Positions 48,557 through 48,697 of a stretch of DNA of 48,697 bases are shown one piece after another. Each line of letters begins with the position of its first letter. Position 1 is the first letter of the stretch. Under the pieces are notes generated by a model, which saw only the letters and a list, made by a program, of their open reading frames with translations, did no database searches and had not been told where the DNA came from. The DNA lies in NCBI GenBank assembly GCA_029287275.1, contig JARFRL010000178.1:1-48697 (forward strand), given 5' to 3'. This DNA comes from Pontiella desulfatans (GTDB taxonomy: Bacteria; Verrucomicrobiota; Kiritimatiellia; Kiritimatiellales; Pontiellaceae). The position numbers were made by a program, and so were the translations under genes.

Positions 48557-48697
<141 letters not shown>

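Overview
A 48.7-kb GC-rich bacterial contig end. Gene families and protein features suggest a PVC-superphylum organism such as Kiritimatiellota/Verrucomicrobiota (inference only). The centrepiece (about 8.4-28.3 kb) is a self-contained multiheme-cytochrome island that looks like an extracellular electron transfer (EET) chain. It encodes six c-type cytochromes with 45 CxxCH motifs plus 2 atypical motifs (counted by hand). The island contains: a porin-cytochrome operon (9-heme secreted cytochrome, beta-barrel, 12-heme lipoprotein); a tetraheme c554-type protein; an Rrf2 regulator; an operon placing an ImcH-like NapC/NirT cytochrome directly next to a CbcL-like bc-cytochrome and an NrfJ-like protein; a small novel cytochrome; System II maturation genes (resB/ccsA); and two glutamyl-tRNA reductases, one fused to a SirC/CysG-type domain. 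Two secreted cytochromes end in a similar C-terminal 'S-x-x-L...N-R-F-Y-R' domain, a candidate lineage-specific export/surface signal. The flanks carry two-component systems, molybdopterin biosynthesis (moaA, moaD and a MoaE-MoeB-rhodanese fusion), a nifV-like gene, two NifA-like sigma54 activators, pcnB, prmC, carbohydrate-related genes and an exbB-exbD-tonB-btuF-like cluster. The last 141 nt are an Illumina Nextera adapter plus poly-G artefact.
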